Shown here piece by piece: positions 52,154 to 62,131 of a stretch of DNA of 64,000 bases (positions within the stretch are counted from its first letter, which is position 1; the number at the start of each line of letters is the position of its first letter). The position numbers were made by a program, and so were the translations under genes. Source of the DNA: Meiothermus sp. (lineage in GTDB: Bacteria > Deinococcota > Deinococci > Deinococcales > Thermaceae); NCBI GenBank assembly GCA_033762915.1, contig JANRLD010000013.1:1-64000 (forward strand). The letters run 5' to 3'. The notes under the pieces are model-generated. The model saw nothing but the letters and a program-made list of their open reading frames with translations. It searched no databases and was not told the origin of the DNA.

Positions 52154-52831
52154 ATGCCGAGAATGCTGCGGGCCGGTCTGGCCTTGTACCTGGGGCTTTG
52201 CGCCGCCGTAGGCTGGGCCCAGAACCCCGGAGCCAGCGTGAGCGCCCAACTGATCGCCGCCGCCGAGGCGGGCAACACCCCCAGAGTCCTACAGCTCCTC
52301 GCCGCCGGGGCCGCCGTCAACGCCCAGGACGCCAGGGGCCGCACCGCCGTCCTGGCCGCTACCCACGCCAACAAGCCCGAGACGGTGGCGGCCTTGGTCA
52401 AGGCCGGGGCCGACGTGAACCTGCGCGACAACCGCCTCGACAACCCTTTTTTGTATGCCGGGGCCGAGGGCCTGCTCGAGGTGCTGAAGGCCCTCGAGCC
52501 CGCCAAGCCCAGCACCCGCATCCTCAACCGCTTCGGCGGCACCGCCCTGATCCCGGCCTGCGAGCGGGGGCACGTGGAGGTGGTGCGCTACCTGCTCGAG
52601 CGCACCGACGTGGACGTGAACTACGTCAACAACTTGGGCTGGACGGGGCTGCTCGAGGCTGTCATCCTCAGCGACGGCGGGCCGCGCCACCAGCAGATCG
52701 TTCGGCTGTTGCTGGAGCACGGCGCGAACCCCGGCCTTGCCGACCGGGACGGCGTGACCCCGCTGCAGCACGCCCAGCGGCGCGGCTATAGCGAGATCGC
52801 GCGGCTGCTGCGGGCGGCTGGGGCCAGGTAG
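52154..52831 (+). CDS. Secreted ankyrin-repeat protein
   Basis: Signal peptide; GRTAV, GGTALIPACERGH, GWTGL, GVTPL repeats; TACAAT-6nt-ATG. Confidence 0.92.
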   Translation: MPRMLRAGLALYLGLCAAVGWAQNPGASVSAQLIAAAEAGNTPRVLQLLAAGAAVNAQDARGRTAVLAATHANKPETVAALVKAGADVNLRDNRLDNPFLYAGAEGLLEVLKALEPAKPSTRILNRFGGTALIPACERGHVEVVRYLLERTDVDVNYVNNLGWTGLLEAVILSDGGPRHQQIVRLLLEHGANPGLADRDGVTPLQHAQRRGYSEIARLLRAAGAR

Positions 52832-52836
52832 CAGCC

Positions 52837-53175
52837 TCAGCCCCTCTCGAGCCACCCGAGCGCCGCCTCCGCCGAGTTGAAAAAGCGGATCATCGGGTGG
52901 GTGGCGTGCTCGTAGGCCAGCTCGCCGAAGCGCTGGCCGTAGGCGCTGTGGTCGGCCAGCACCAGCGCCACCCTTAGCTTGTAGTTGGTGAACTTCTGGA
53001 ACGCCTCACCCGCCAGCCCGCTGCGCAGGTCGAAGAACTCGGGCGAGAGGTCGGCCTCGGTCAGCAGCAGGCCGTCTGCGCCGTAGGTCGCGCCGATCAC
53101 CTCGAGGATATCGGCAGGCGAGCGGATGGAGATTCTGGCCTCGGCCGCTTGGATGATCGTGCGCTCTGTGCTCAT
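52837..53175 (-). CDS. DUF4180 family protein
   Basis: LSPEFFDLRSGLAGEAFQKFTNY. Confidence 0.9.
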   Translation of the reverse strand: MSTERTIIQAAEARISIRSPADILEVIGATYGADGLLLTEADLSPEFFDLRSGLAGEAFQKFTNYKLRVALVLADHSAYGQRFGELAYEHATHPMIRFFNSAEAALGWLERG

Positions 53176-53198
53176 GGGCTCACCACCCTCGAGTGTAG

Positions 53199-53317
53199 CA
53201 GTGTCTCTATAGTGGAATTGCAGCATCCGCACCCGCCGATGGATCGGGCAATTGCGCCCACAAGCCGTTCGCTGCTGGGGCCCTGCTGAAGTCCTGCAAT
53301 CTCGCTAGGGCGCAACT
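53199..53317 (+). mobile_element. Family 1 palindromic element, copy C
   Basis: GTGTCTCTATAGTGGAATTGCAG...GGGCAATTGCGCCC...CTGCAATCTCGCTAGGGCGCAACT; colinear with copy A. Confidence 0.8.
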
Positions 53318-53354
53318 GCGCACCGGGCGGGCTCGAGTCCGGTACAATTCGCCC

Positions 53355-54572
53355 GTGCAAAGCCCGCAACCCGCGCCGCCGCTAGACTCCAGCCTGTTCG
53401 ACCTCGAGGGCCGCCTCTGGCTGGCCCACTGCATGGAAGGCCCCATGACCCGGGCGGCGGGCGAGGCGCTGGCCCAGGTCGTCCGGAAAGAACTCCGCCC
53501 CTGGGAGATGCGCTGGGAGGAGGACTTCCTGGGCGTCCAGGCCCAGCTCCGCCAGGCCTGCGCGGAGCTGTTGAAGGCCGACCCCTCGGACATCAGCCTG
53601 ACGCACTCCACCTCGGCCGGCCTGATCACCGTGGCCAGTGGCTTCCCCTGGAAGCCGGGCGATGAAGTGCTGCTGCCGCTGGGCGAGTTCCCCAGCAACT
53701 TCATGCCCTGGAAGGCCCTGGGGGCCCGTGGCGTGGTCTGCCGCGAGGTGGCGCTGTGGGCCGGCCAGAAGTCCGGCCCCGATGCCCTGCACTCCGCGCC
53801 GCCAGGGGCCTCCGACCCCGACCTTGAGTCGGTGATCTTGGGGGCGATTGGCCCCAAAACCCGGATGGTGGGGCTGTCTTGGGCGCGCTTCCAGGATGGC
53901 ATCAAGCTGGACTTGGAGCGCATCGCAGAGGGTTGCCAGGCCAGGGGGGTGCATCTGGTGGTGGACGGGATTCAGGGCATGGGCACACACACTCCCAGCC
54001 TCAAGGGGGTCAGCGCCTTCGCCAGTGCGGGGCACAAGGGGCTGCTGGGCCCCACCGGGCAGGGGTTCCTCTGGACGCACCCCGACTTCCGCCCGCTGCT
54101 CGCACCCACCGGCACCTGGCTCTCCCGGCCCAGTGCCTTCTCGCAGGGCGGTAACCAGGCCCAAGATCCCGAGCTCTGGGCCGCCGACGGGCGCAGGCTC
54201 GAGCCCGGTGGCGCCTCGGTGCTGGGCTGCGCGGCCCTGAATCAGTCGGTGCGGGTGCTGCTTCAGGCGGATGTCGGGCGCATCGAGAGCCATGTCAGCC
54301 AGCTCCAGACGCTGTTCCTGCAAGCCCTGCGCGAAGACCCCACCTGGGAGCCCGAGGCCAGCCGCTTGCTGGGCCTGCTCGAGGCGAACCGCCTCGGCCC
54401 CACCCTCTGCTTCCACCACGGAGCGCTGGGCCTGGCCCGCCTGGAAAAGCTGGTCGCGCGTGGCCTCGAGTGCCAGATCACCACCAGCATCCGCGAAGGC
54501 TATCTGCGTATCGCCTTCCACGGCTGGCACAGCGCCCAGGACGTGGAGCGGGCGCTCGAGTGGCTGTCGTGA
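53355..54572 (+). CDS. Class V PLP-dependent aminotransferase / cysteine desulfurase-like enzyme
   Basis: HSTSAGL, EFPSN, VDGIQG, AGHKGLLGP (PLP Lys), LRIAFH; TACAAT-6nt-GTG. Confidence 0.9.
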   Translation: MQSPQPAPPLDSSLFDLEGRLWLAHCMEGPMTRAAGEALAQVVRKELRPWEMRWEEDFLGVQAQLRQACAELLKADPSDISLTHSTSAGLITVASGFPWKPGDEVLLPLGEFPSNFMPWKALGARGVVCREVALWAGQKSGPDALHSAPPGASDPDLESVILGAIGPKTRMVGLSWARFQDGIKLDLERIAEGCQARGVHLVVDGIQGMGTHTPSLKGVSAFASAGHKGLLGPTGQGFLWTHPDFRPLLAPTGTWLSRPSAFSQGGNQAQDPELWAADGRRLEPGGASVLGCAALNQSVRVLLQADVGRIESHVSQLQTLFLQALREDPTWEPEASRLLGLLEANRLGPTLCFHHGALGLARLEKLVARGLECQITTSIREGYLRIAFHGWHSAQDVERALEWLS

Positions 54573-55168
54573 ACAAGGGTGCTGCACTGCGAAAGAACCT
54601 TAAGCCGTGGGCGCTCGAGCTGGTTCAGTTGTTGCGCCACGAGTTTCGCGCCCTGGTCGCCGGACTCTCGCCCCAGCAGCGCCAGGAGAAGGGTCAGATG
54701 GATCGGTGGTCGCCCAAGGACGAGCTGGCCCACCTGGCGTACTGGCTCGAGGTCTTCGTGGCCAACATCCGCTTCAGGCGGGAGGGAAAGCCCCTGACCG
54801 ATGTTCGCGACTACCTGGCCATGAACGATGCCGCCTGGGAGGCCCGCCAGGACTGGGGCCTCGAGCAGACCGAGGCGGCTGTGAGGAAGGTGCTGACCGA
54901 CCTTGAGGAAGAACTCGAGCGATTTACCCCCGAAGAGCTGACCAACCCCGACCGGTTCACGCTCGAGTTTCCCCGCCCCTTCGTCCGCAGCCTGCTCTAC
55001 GAGTTGGTCGACCACCCCGTGCATCACTTCGCCGGGCTGTACCGCAAACTGGGCAAGGGGGCGGAGGTTGGGCCGATGCTGCGAAGGCTGTTGGAGGTGC
55101 TGGGCCGACGCGGGGCGGCCGGGTGGAGCGCAACTACCCGCAGAAAGATCCAGCGCCACGCCCCGTAG
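54569..55168 (+). CDS. DinB-like four-helix-bundle protein
   Basis: WSPKDELAHLAYW, DHPVHH; GTGA overlap with upstream gene. Confidence 0.8.
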   Translation: MNKGAALRKNLKPWALELVQLLRHEFRALVAGLSPQQRQEKGQMDRWSPKDELAHLAYWLEVFVANIRFRREGKPLTDVRDYLAMNDAAWEARQDWGLEQTEAAVRKVLTDLEEELERFTPEELTNPDRFTLEFPRPFVRSLLYELVDHPVHHFAGLYRKLGKGAEVGPMLRRLLEVLGRRGAAGWSATTRRKIQRHAP

Positions 55169-55211
55169 CCGTCCCTTCCGCCGGCCCCCCGTCGCACTCT
55201 ATGATGTCGGC

Positions 55212-56717
55212 GTGCAGCGCCTCGGGATTGTGGACTTGGGTTCGGGAACCAGCCGGTTGGTGGTCTACACCTTCGACCCCGGCAAGCAGTTCCGCCTGAT
55301 TGACGAGATTCGGGAGACCGTGCGGCTGGGCGAGGGGCTGGCCCAGAACAACCGGCTGACCGCGGCGGGGATGCAGCGCGCCCTCTCGGCGCTCAAGATG
55401 TACGCCGACTTTGCCGAGGCCACCGACCTCGACGAGATGCGCGTCATCGCTACTAGCGCCAGCCGCGACGCCGAGAACGGCCCGGAGTTCATGGCCCAGG
55501 TTCGGAAGCTGGGCCTCAATGTGCGGGTGCTCTCCGGCGAGGACGAGGCGAGATTCGGGGTGCTGGCGGTGGCCAACGGCCTGCCCTTTGAGGACGCCTG
55601 GGTGATGGATCTGGGGGGCGGCAGCGCCCAGCTCTCCAGGATGCAGGAGCGGCGCTACAAGTTCGGCCAGGCCTACCCGCTGGGGGCGGTGCGCCTCAGC
55701 GAGATGTTCTTAAGATCCGACCCGCCCAAGAAGGGCGAGGTCGAAGACCTCGAGCGCTTCGCCCGCAAGGAGATGAAAGAGGTGCTGGGCCAGATGCGCG
55801 ACAAGCGGCTGCCCCTGGTGGCGATGGGGGGCACCGTGCGCAACCTGGCCAAGCTGGTGCGCAAGCGGAAAAAGTACCCTTTGGACATCATCCACGGCTT
55901 CTACCTGAGGCGCGAAGACCTCGAGGACTTGGTGGATGAGATGGTTAAGTCGAGTACCGCCCAGCGTAAAGACCTCGAGGGCATGAACCCTGACCGCGCC
56001 GATGTGATCGCGGCCGGAGCCTTGGTGTATCGGACCGTGCTCAAGGAGAGCGACAGCGACGGGCTGTGGATATCGGGCCAGGGGGTGAGGGAAGGGGCCT
56101 TCTATCAGGAGTTTCTGCCCGCGCCGCACCTCATAGAGAATGTGCGCGGCTTCAGCGTGCAGAACCTCTTCGCCCGCTACCCCCAAGACCGCGCCCACAC
56201 CGCTCGAGTGCGCAAGTTCTGCCGGCAGATCTTCCGGGCCCTGGAGCCGGTCCACGGCTACGGCAGGGCCGAGGAGCAATTGCTCGACGAGGCCGCGACC
56301 CTGCACGACATCGGCATGAGCATAGACTATTTCGACCATCACGAGCACGGCGAGTATCTGGTGATGTGCAGCGCCATACCCGGCCTGACCCACCGCGAGC
56401 AGGCGCTGCTGGGCCTGCTGGTGCGCTACCACCGCAAGGGGGAGCCCAAGTTTGGCGCGTATAAAGATCTGTTTGACGACCGTGACGCCAAGCTGCTGCT
56501 GCGCCTGACCAGCATCCTGCGCATGACCGAGTACCTCGAGCGCGCGCGGGCCGGGCGGGTCACCGGGCTGAGCATTGGGCTCGAGCCCAGGGCGGTGCGG
56601 ATCGGCCTCGAGGCGGCTGAGGAGCCCTGGGTCGAGCTGACCGAGACCGCCAAACAGGCCCGGCTGTTCCAGCAGGCCTTCGGGCGGGAACTGGTGCTGG
56701 AGTGGGCGGGGGTTTGA
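55212..56717 (+). CDS. ppx: Exopolyphosphatase / pppGpp phosphatase (Ppx/GppA) with HD domain
   Basis: VDLGSG, ATSASRDA, SGEDEA, DLGGGS, GVREG, LHDIG; TATGAT-6nt-GTG. Confidence 0.93.
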   Translation: MQRLGIVDLGSGTSRLVVYTFDPGKQFRLIDEIRETVRLGEGLAQNNRLTAAGMQRALSALKMYADFAEATDLDEMRVIATSASRDAENGPEFMAQVRKLGLNVRVLSGEDEARFGVLAVANGLPFEDAWVMDLGGGSAQLSRMQERRYKFGQAYPLGAVRLSEMFLRSDPPKKGEVEDLERFARKEMKEVLGQMRDKRLPLVAMGGTVRNLAKLVRKRKKYPLDIIHGFYLRREDLEDLVDEMVKSSTAQRKDLEGMNPDRADVIAAGALVYRTVLKESDSDGLWISGQGVREGAFYQEFLPAPHLIENVRGFSVQNLFARYPQDRAHTARVRKFCRQIFRALEPVHGYGRAEEQLLDEAATLHDIGMSIDYFDHHEHGEYLVMCSAIPGLTHREQALLGLLVRYHRKGEPKFGAYKDLFDDRDAKLLLRLTSILRMTEYLERARAGRVTGLSIGLEPRAVRIGLEAAEEPWVELTETAKQARLFQQAFGRELVLEWAGV

Positions 56718-56748
56718 GGCGGCAGAAAGTGCAACCTGGCCTCAGGCC

Positions 56749-57075
56749 TCAGGCGTCCGAGCGCAGATGTGCATGGACGTGAAAGACCTCCTGTCCGCCC
56801 TTCTCGCCCACGTGGATGCGGATGAAGTAGCCCTCGAGGCCCATCTGTGCGGCGATCTTGTTGGCGGTGAGCATCAGTCGGCCCAGCTTTACCGCGCCCT
56901 CCTCGGTCTGGGGGTAGTCGGAGAGCCTGGGGATGTACTCCTTGGGGATGACCAGGATGTGTACCTTGGACTTGGGGGCGATGTCGTGGAAGGCCAGGAA
57001 GTCCTCGTCCTCGTAGACGACCCTGGCCGGAATCTCTCTGCGGATGATCTTGCCGAAGATGGTGGGGTTGTCCAT
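56749..57075 (-). CDS. HIT family nucleotide hydrolase (HinT-like)
   Basis: TIFGKII..EIPA..VYED, GQEVFHVHAH. Confidence 0.93.
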   Translation of the reverse strand: MDNPTIFGKIIRREIPARVVYEDEDFLAFHDIAPKSKVHILVIPKEYIPRLSDYPQTEEGAVKLGRLMLTANKIAAQMGLEGYFIRIHVGEKGGQEVFHVHAHLRSDA

Positions 57076-57246
57076 GCGCCGTAGTTTACCGTGCTCGGCG
57101 GATTGTTTTTGGCGGCCTGCGGGCCGCGAAGGCGCGTGGCTGCCGCAAGCCTGATACGCCCCCACAGCGCTCCCCGCGAATACCCCGCCCGCTTGAGCGC
57201 CCGCTTTAGCGCCTCACTGCGTGAGGTTTAAAGGCGGGAACCGCGG

Positions 57247-58110
57247 TCAGAAGTCCCGGCGCTGGAAGACCAGCACCGCGAGCGCCAGTGTAACCAGGAT
57301 ATAGACGCCCACGAAGACCAGATACCCGGCGGTCAGCGGCTCGGTGCCCACGAAGGGGTTGCCCCTGGCGGCCTCCTGAGTGCGCAGCAGCACCTCGGGC
57401 TGGAGGTAGACCGAGGCCCCGCGCCAGAGCTGGTCGGAGGGCACGACGTAGGTGGTGAGCTGGCCGAAGCGCTCGAGGTTGGGCGAGCCCGTCAGGGCCC
57501 CTACGCTCGAGAGAATCCCCCCCACCCAGCCCAGCCCATAGGTCATGAACATGACCACCCCGGTGGTCAGGGTGGACAACAGGCTGCTGCCCAGCACGGT
57601 CAGGGTCAGCAGGAAGAGGGCGTTGAGCATCATCAGCCCAACGGCCCGCAGGGGGTCGGGTGGGGCGTAGCCGGTCATCAGGGCGGTGCCGTAGACCAGC
57701 GCCAGGGCCAGCAGGGCCAGGTAGGGCAGGGCAAAGCTGAGGTGGCCCAGCCACTTGCCCAGCACGAACTCCCAGCGCCGGATCGGCTTGGGCAGCAGCG
57801 ACTGAATGGTGCCGGAGTCCACCTCCCCGCTGACGCTGGCGATGGTGGTGAAGACCGCCATCAGTCCGCCCAGGAAGTTGACGATGTACATCCCCATCAG
57901 AACCAGAATCGCGTTCGGGATTAAGAGCTGCTGGCCCGACAGCTCGCGCCCCAGCGCCTCGGAGCGGCGGCGGAAGCTGTCCAGCAGGAACTCCACCCCC
58001 ATGAAGTAGAAGGCCAGGAACAGCACCGTCAGCAGCCCGATGGCCCAGATCAGGCGGCGCCCGGCGGCCTCGAGCCAGGTGAACTTGGCGATTAGCAGGA
58101 CGTTCCTCAC
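57247..58110 (-). CDS. ABC-2 type exporter permease
   Basis: SGEVDSGT...KPIRRWEFVLGK, six TMs, C-terminal FQRRDF. Confidence 0.9.
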   Translation of the reverse strand: MRNVLLIAKFTWLEAAGRRLIWAIGLLTVLFLAFYFMGVEFLLDSFRRRSEALGRELSGQQLLIPNAILVLMGMYIVNFLGGLMAVFTTIASVSGEVDSGTIQSLLPKPIRRWEFVLGKWLGHLSFALPYLALLALALVYGTALMTGYAPPDPLRAVGLMMLNALFLLTLTVLGSSLLSTLTTGVVMFMTYGLGWVGGILSSVGALTGSPNLERFGQLTTYVVPSDQLWRGASVYLQPEVLLRTQEAARGNPFVGTEPLTAGYLVFVGVYILVTLALAVLVFQRRDF

Positions 58111-59009
58111 GACTCCACCAGTTGCACAAACAACTCCTCGAGGCTCTTCCGCCTCGGGCTGAGGGCATAGAGCTTGGCCCCCGACCCCACCGCCGCCTCG
58201 GCCACTGCCGGTATGCGATCCTCGGACTCCACCTCGAGCAGCACGCTCTGCCCGTCCTCCTGGGTCAGTCTCGCCAGTGGGGCCAGGGCCGCCCTCAGGC
58301 CGGGGGTCACGGCGTCCACCCGCAGCTCGACCTCCAGGCGCTCCCGGAGCAACTCGTCCATCCGCCCGCTACGGATCACCCGGCCCTTGTTGACGAAGGC
58401 CACCCGGTCGCAGGTCATCTCCACCTCGGAGAGCAGGTGCGAGTTCAGGAAGACGGTGGTGCCCTGGCCCTTGAGAATCCCGATGATCTCGCGCACCTCG
58501 CGCCGCCCGATGGGGTCGAGGGCCGAGGTCGGCTCGTCGAGGAAGACCAGCTCGGGCCGGTTCAGGATGGCCTGGGCCAGCCCGACACGCTGCTGCATCC
58601 CCTTGGAGTAGCCCTTGATCCGCTCGCCCTCGCGGCCCGTGAGCCCCACCAGCTCGAGCACCTCCGGTATGCGCCGGCCGATCTGCTCCTCGCTCATCCC
58701 ATAGAGCTGGCCGTGGAAGCGCAAGAACTGCCGCCCGGTCATCCAGTCGTGGAAGCGGAAAAGTTCGGGCAGGAAGCCCACGCAGCGCTTGGCCTCGAGG
58801 CTGTCCAGGGGCTGCCCCAGCACCCTCGCCTGGCCCGAGGTGGGGTGGGTCAGGCCCAGCAGCATCTTAACAGTGGTACTCTTGCCCGCCCCGTTGGGGC
58901 CCAAAAAGCCGAAGACCTCGCCCTGGGCCACCTCGAGGCTCAGGTCATCCACGGCGGGCCGGCCCCGAAAAACTTTGCGCAGGTTGCGGGTCTCTATCGC
59001 CAGCCTCAT
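58107..59009 (-). CDS. ABC transporter ATP-binding protein
   Basis: GPNGAGKST, YSKGM, FLDEP, NSH; start at MRLAIET. Confidence 0.95.
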   Translation of the reverse strand: MRLAIETRNLRKVFRGRPAVDDLSLEVAQGEVFGFLGPNGAGKSTTVKMLLGLTHPTSGQARVLGQPLDSLEAKRCVGFLPELFRFHDWMTGRQFLRFHGQLYGMSEEQIGRRIPEVLELVGLTGREGERIKGYSKGMQQRVGLAQAILNRPELVFLDEPTSALDPIGRREVREIIGILKGQGTTVFLNSHLLSEVEMTCDRVAFVNKGRVIRSGRMDELLRERLEVELRVDAVTPGLRAALAPLARLTQEDGQSVLLEVESEDRIPAVAEAAVGSGAKLYALSPRRKSLEELFVQLVES

Positions 59010-59174
59010 TGCCCCCACTCTAGGGCTTTGCCAGTCCCGCATTGTGGGGCGCGGCGCAAAGGGAGTCCGGCCTGTGGGCCAACCGAGCGGCGGCGGAGGC
59101 CGGAGGATGAGCGGGGCCATCCGCTGCTTTTGGTCCGTGTTGGGATCAGCCGTCAGCCCGGGTGGGCAGATATC

Positions 59175-59261
59175 GAGCGGTTCCCACGCATACTCCCTAC
59201 AGCGGTTTTTGCTGTAGGGAGTACATTGCCTGCCGCCAAGAGGGGGGTAATGGCGGGAAAC
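59175..59261 (+). repeat. Family 2 hairpin repeat, full copy
   Basis: TTCCCAC-GCA-TACTCCCTACAGC-GGTTTTT-GCTGTAGGGAGTA-CATTGCC..GGTAATG-GCGGGAA. Confidence 0.8.
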
Positions 59262-59463
59262 CCGATCAGTCGCGCGAGAAGCATTTCAGCCAAACTCGAA
59301 CGGCTAGTCGAGGTCGCTTATGCTTGGCGGCTTACCCTCGTAACGGGCCAATGTTCGTAATTCGCTCTGCTTCTGGGGATTTTTGCCTACGCTAGGGCGT
59401 GTTGAGTTTCATCCAAATCCTTGAGTCCCCGGTCGGGGTGACACGGACGGAAAGCTCGAGATT

Positions 59464-61608
59464 ATGCCGCAAACGATCTGCCTGCAAAGGCTGCTGTCCC
59501 TCAGTCTAGGCCTAGCCGTTTTGTCTGCCTGCGGAAGTCCAGCAGCGGTGCCAGGCCTTCGTATCACTCCCGCCAGCCAAGTGCTATCGGCGGGCGGGGC
59601 TGCGGTAGCCCTCGAGGCTGTCGTGACCAACAGCAACGCCCCGGTACGATGGGCCATCAGCCCCAACCTGGGTAGCTTGGATACCACTAATGGAAAGGTT
59701 GTGCGCTACATCCCCCCGGTCAGCGTGACCAAGAACGAGTCCGTTGTCGTTATGGCCACCCTCGAGGGCACCGGTGTTCAGGCCAGAGACACCCTTACCA
59801 TCCAGCCCGCGACCGGCCAGACCATAGTGCTCAACCCCATCAGCCTAAGTCTGAACGCTGGGGACCCTGTCGTCAGCTTCGGGGTCGGCGGGTTCGTTGG
59901 CACCCTCAGATGTACCTTGCGACCCGTTGTAGGCAGTTGCGCGGTGAAGGGTGCTTGGGTGGAATACGCTCCACCCGCTCAGCTCGAGGCAGCGGCCGAC
60001 GTAAGCTTATCGGTAGGCCTCGAGGGGGGTAGCGTCACGGCCACGGCCCGCGTTACCGTCAGGCCCCGCCCGGTGCTTCAGCCCAGCATCCGGCTCAGCC
60101 AGACCAACCTCAGCACCACCTACGGCGCGGCCCCGACCCGCCTCGAGGCGATCGCCAACACTGGCGGAACGGTCACTTGGGCCCTTTTGCCCGAGGTAGG
60201 CAGCTTAAGTACGACCACCGGCAACGCCGTGATCTATACGCCGCCTACCTTTGTTGGGGATGCGACCACCGTTATCCTCACCGCAAGCCTGAGTGGAACA
60301 TCTGCCCAGAGCATAAGTATTATCAGCCTGAAACCCCCCAGCAGCCAAACCCTTAACTGCATTACGGTTGATCCCTCGGACAACTCGTCGATCGTAGGCT
60401 ATGCCGATCGGGTCTCCTATCTGCCGGGTCAGACTGCCGAGTTCAAGTTGAGCGTTCCAGGGGGCCGCAGCTTTGATATGGCGGTTTTCCGCGACGCCCA
60501 TCAGTCGGAGCTGATGTATTTCCAAGGTAACCTCCAGGGGCAGTTGCAGCCTATGCCCGCCACTCGTCCGTACCAGCAAGACTTAGGCTGGAACACTTCG
60601 GCCAGCTTGGTTGTTCCGAACACTTGGCGCAGTGGTCTCTACCGGGCTAGGTTCATAGACTTTGCCCACCGAACCTGCTACCACGTGGTTTTTGCGGTTA
60701 AGAATTCCTCGAGCACCAGACCACTCATCGCAGTTCTGGCCAACACCTTCACCTGGCAGGCCTACAACGACTGGGGCGGTGCGTCGCTGTATAGCTGTGC
60801 GGCGGGCACTTGCGACGGTCGAGCCCTCGCAACCCTTCTGTCACTGCGGCGGCCAAATCGTGGGGTCTTCAACCCCAACTTGAGCAGCGGAACCCGAGTG
60901 GTTTTGGAGTGGCTTGAGCAGCAGGGGTACGCCTACGATCTGGTTACAGACAATGACCTAGATAGCGATCCGACTGTTCTAGACGGGTACCGGATTCTGG
61001 TCTTGCCTCGACATAGTGAGTACTGGAGCGCTAACATGCGGAATCGTCTGGATGTGTTCTTGGCTCGAGGGGGCTACTTGGTCAGCCTCGGCGGGAACCA
61101 AATTTACTGGAAAGCTGTGGTCAGGGAGGGTCAAATTGAGGTCAAAAAACTTGCCGCTGACCGCAAGCACACCCTGGCTAACGAACTCGGCGGACTCTGG
61201 CGCGATTTGAACCTACCGGAGGCGGCAGTGCTCGGCAACCGCTTTACTGCCACCGGCATGGGTTCAGCCAACTTGGCCCCTTACCAGGTGGTGAGCCCCG
61301 ATCACTGGGTGCTTGCGGGGACGGGGCTTCAAGCGGGCCAGAGCTTCGGCGCCGAATGTTCGGGCTGGGAGACCGACAAGCTAGACCCAGCCAATAGCCC
61401 GGCCAACGCAGAGCTGATCGCGCGGGGAAGCAACACCGACCCCGTCCGACACGGCCAGGCGGGGGCGGATATGGTGTACCATGCCCGGCCGGAGGGAGGG
61501 GCGGTGTTCGCGGTAGGTTCACTGGCCTTCTTTAGCGACGCTTGTCGCAACGACCCGATCATCACCCGAATAACCCGCAATGTGTTTGAACGGTTCCTGG
61601 GGCGGTAG
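59464..61608 (+). CDS. Lipoprotein with three Ig-like repeats and an N,N-dimethylformamidase large-subunit-like domain
   Basis: LSAC lipobox; repeated W.L.P.VGSL....YxPP units; WRSGLY, TWQAYNDWGGASLY, HSEYWS, GGNQIYW, GWETD, VFAVGS. Confidence 0.85.
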   Translation: MPQTICLQRLLSLSLGLAVLSACGSPAAVPGLRITPASQVLSAGGAAVALEAVVTNSNAPVRWAISPNLGSLDTTNGKVVRYIPPVSVTKNESVVVMATLEGTGVQARDTLTIQPATGQTIVLNPISLSLNAGDPVVSFGVGGFVGTLRCTLRPVVGSCAVKGAWVEYAPPAQLEAAADVSLSVGLEGGSVTATARVTVRPRPVLQPSIRLSQTNLSTTYGAAPTRLEAIANTGGTVTWALLPEVGSLSTTTGNAVIYTPPTFVGDATTVILTASLSGTSAQSISIISLKPPSSQTLNCITVDPSDNSSIVGYADRVSYLPGQTAEFKLSVPGGRSFDMAVFRDAHQSELMYFQGNLQGQLQPMPATRPYQQDLGWNTSASLVVPNTWRSGLYRARFIDFAHRTCYHVVFAVKNSSSTRPLIAVLANTFTWQAYNDWGGASLYSCAAGTCDGRALATLLSLRRPNRGVFNPNLSSGTRVVLEWLEQQGYAYDLVTDNDLDSDPTVLDGYRILVLPRHSEYWSANMRNRLDVFLARGGYLVSLGGNQIYWKAVVREGQIEVKKLAADRKHTLANELGGLWRDLNLPEAAVLGNRFTATGMGSANLAPYQVVSPDHWVLAGTGLQAGQSFGAECSGWETDKLDPANSPANAELIARGSNTDPVRHGQAGADMVYHARPEGGAVFAVGSLAFFSDACRNDPIITRITRNVFERFLGR

Positions 61609-61675
61609 TAGTCGGCTATTATGCGACAGATCAGAAGACGATCGATCTCCGCAGGAAGTATGTCCAGGCAGTTGA

Positions 61676-61829
61676 TAAGTTGCGCCAAGGTAGAAGTGCG
61701 GAATCGGCGGAAGCGGGAAATACGTGCCAGGGCGGAGTGGCGTGCGCCATAGCCGCGGAGCGGCTACCCGAGGCACAATTCCCTGCGGGAGTTGGCGGGC
61801 GGCATGTAGCTTTCCAATTATGGATACCT
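61676..61829 (-). mobile_element. Family 1 palindromic element, longer diverged copy D (minus strand)
   Basis: Minus strand reads GGTATCCATAATTG...AGGGAATTGTGCC...CCTTGGCGCAACTTA. Confidence 0.6.
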
Positions 61830-62009
61830 TTAGCCAGCGGTTCGGCAACACCGGGTTTTCGTGGGAGCCGCTCCCGGGGCCGAAATCCTTGCTCTGGCGC
61901 GCTTGAACGATCGGTACAACCTGAATCGAATCGTGAAATCTCGCAATCGTGTGATCAACGCGCTAGTTTGGGCGCAGTTCGTCCGAAAAGCTACTCTCGT
62001 CTGCCCGCC

Positions 62010-62131
62010 CAAGTATCGCAATAGTTGAGATGCGAAATGCCGCCCGGCAGCCCGTTAGGGAATTGCGCCGGCAAGCTGCTCGCTGCCGAGGTCGCGTGGA
62101 GAGTTTCGCAAACGCACTATGGCGCAACTTA
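62010..62131 (+). mobile_element. Family 1 palindromic element, copy E
   Basis: AAGTATCGCAATAGTTGAGATGCGAAA...AGGGAATTGCGCC...TTTCGCAAACGCACTATGGCGCAACTTA. Confidence 0.72.

Noticed and set aside
53176..53232. N-terminal extension MRMLQFHY on DUF4180, and a similar ORF start at 27087
   Set aside because: Derived from the family-1 repeat sequence, not part of the protein
15550..56717. ppk2 and ppx as a polyphosphate locus
   Set aside because: They are ~39 kb apart with unrelated genes between; no evidence of linkage
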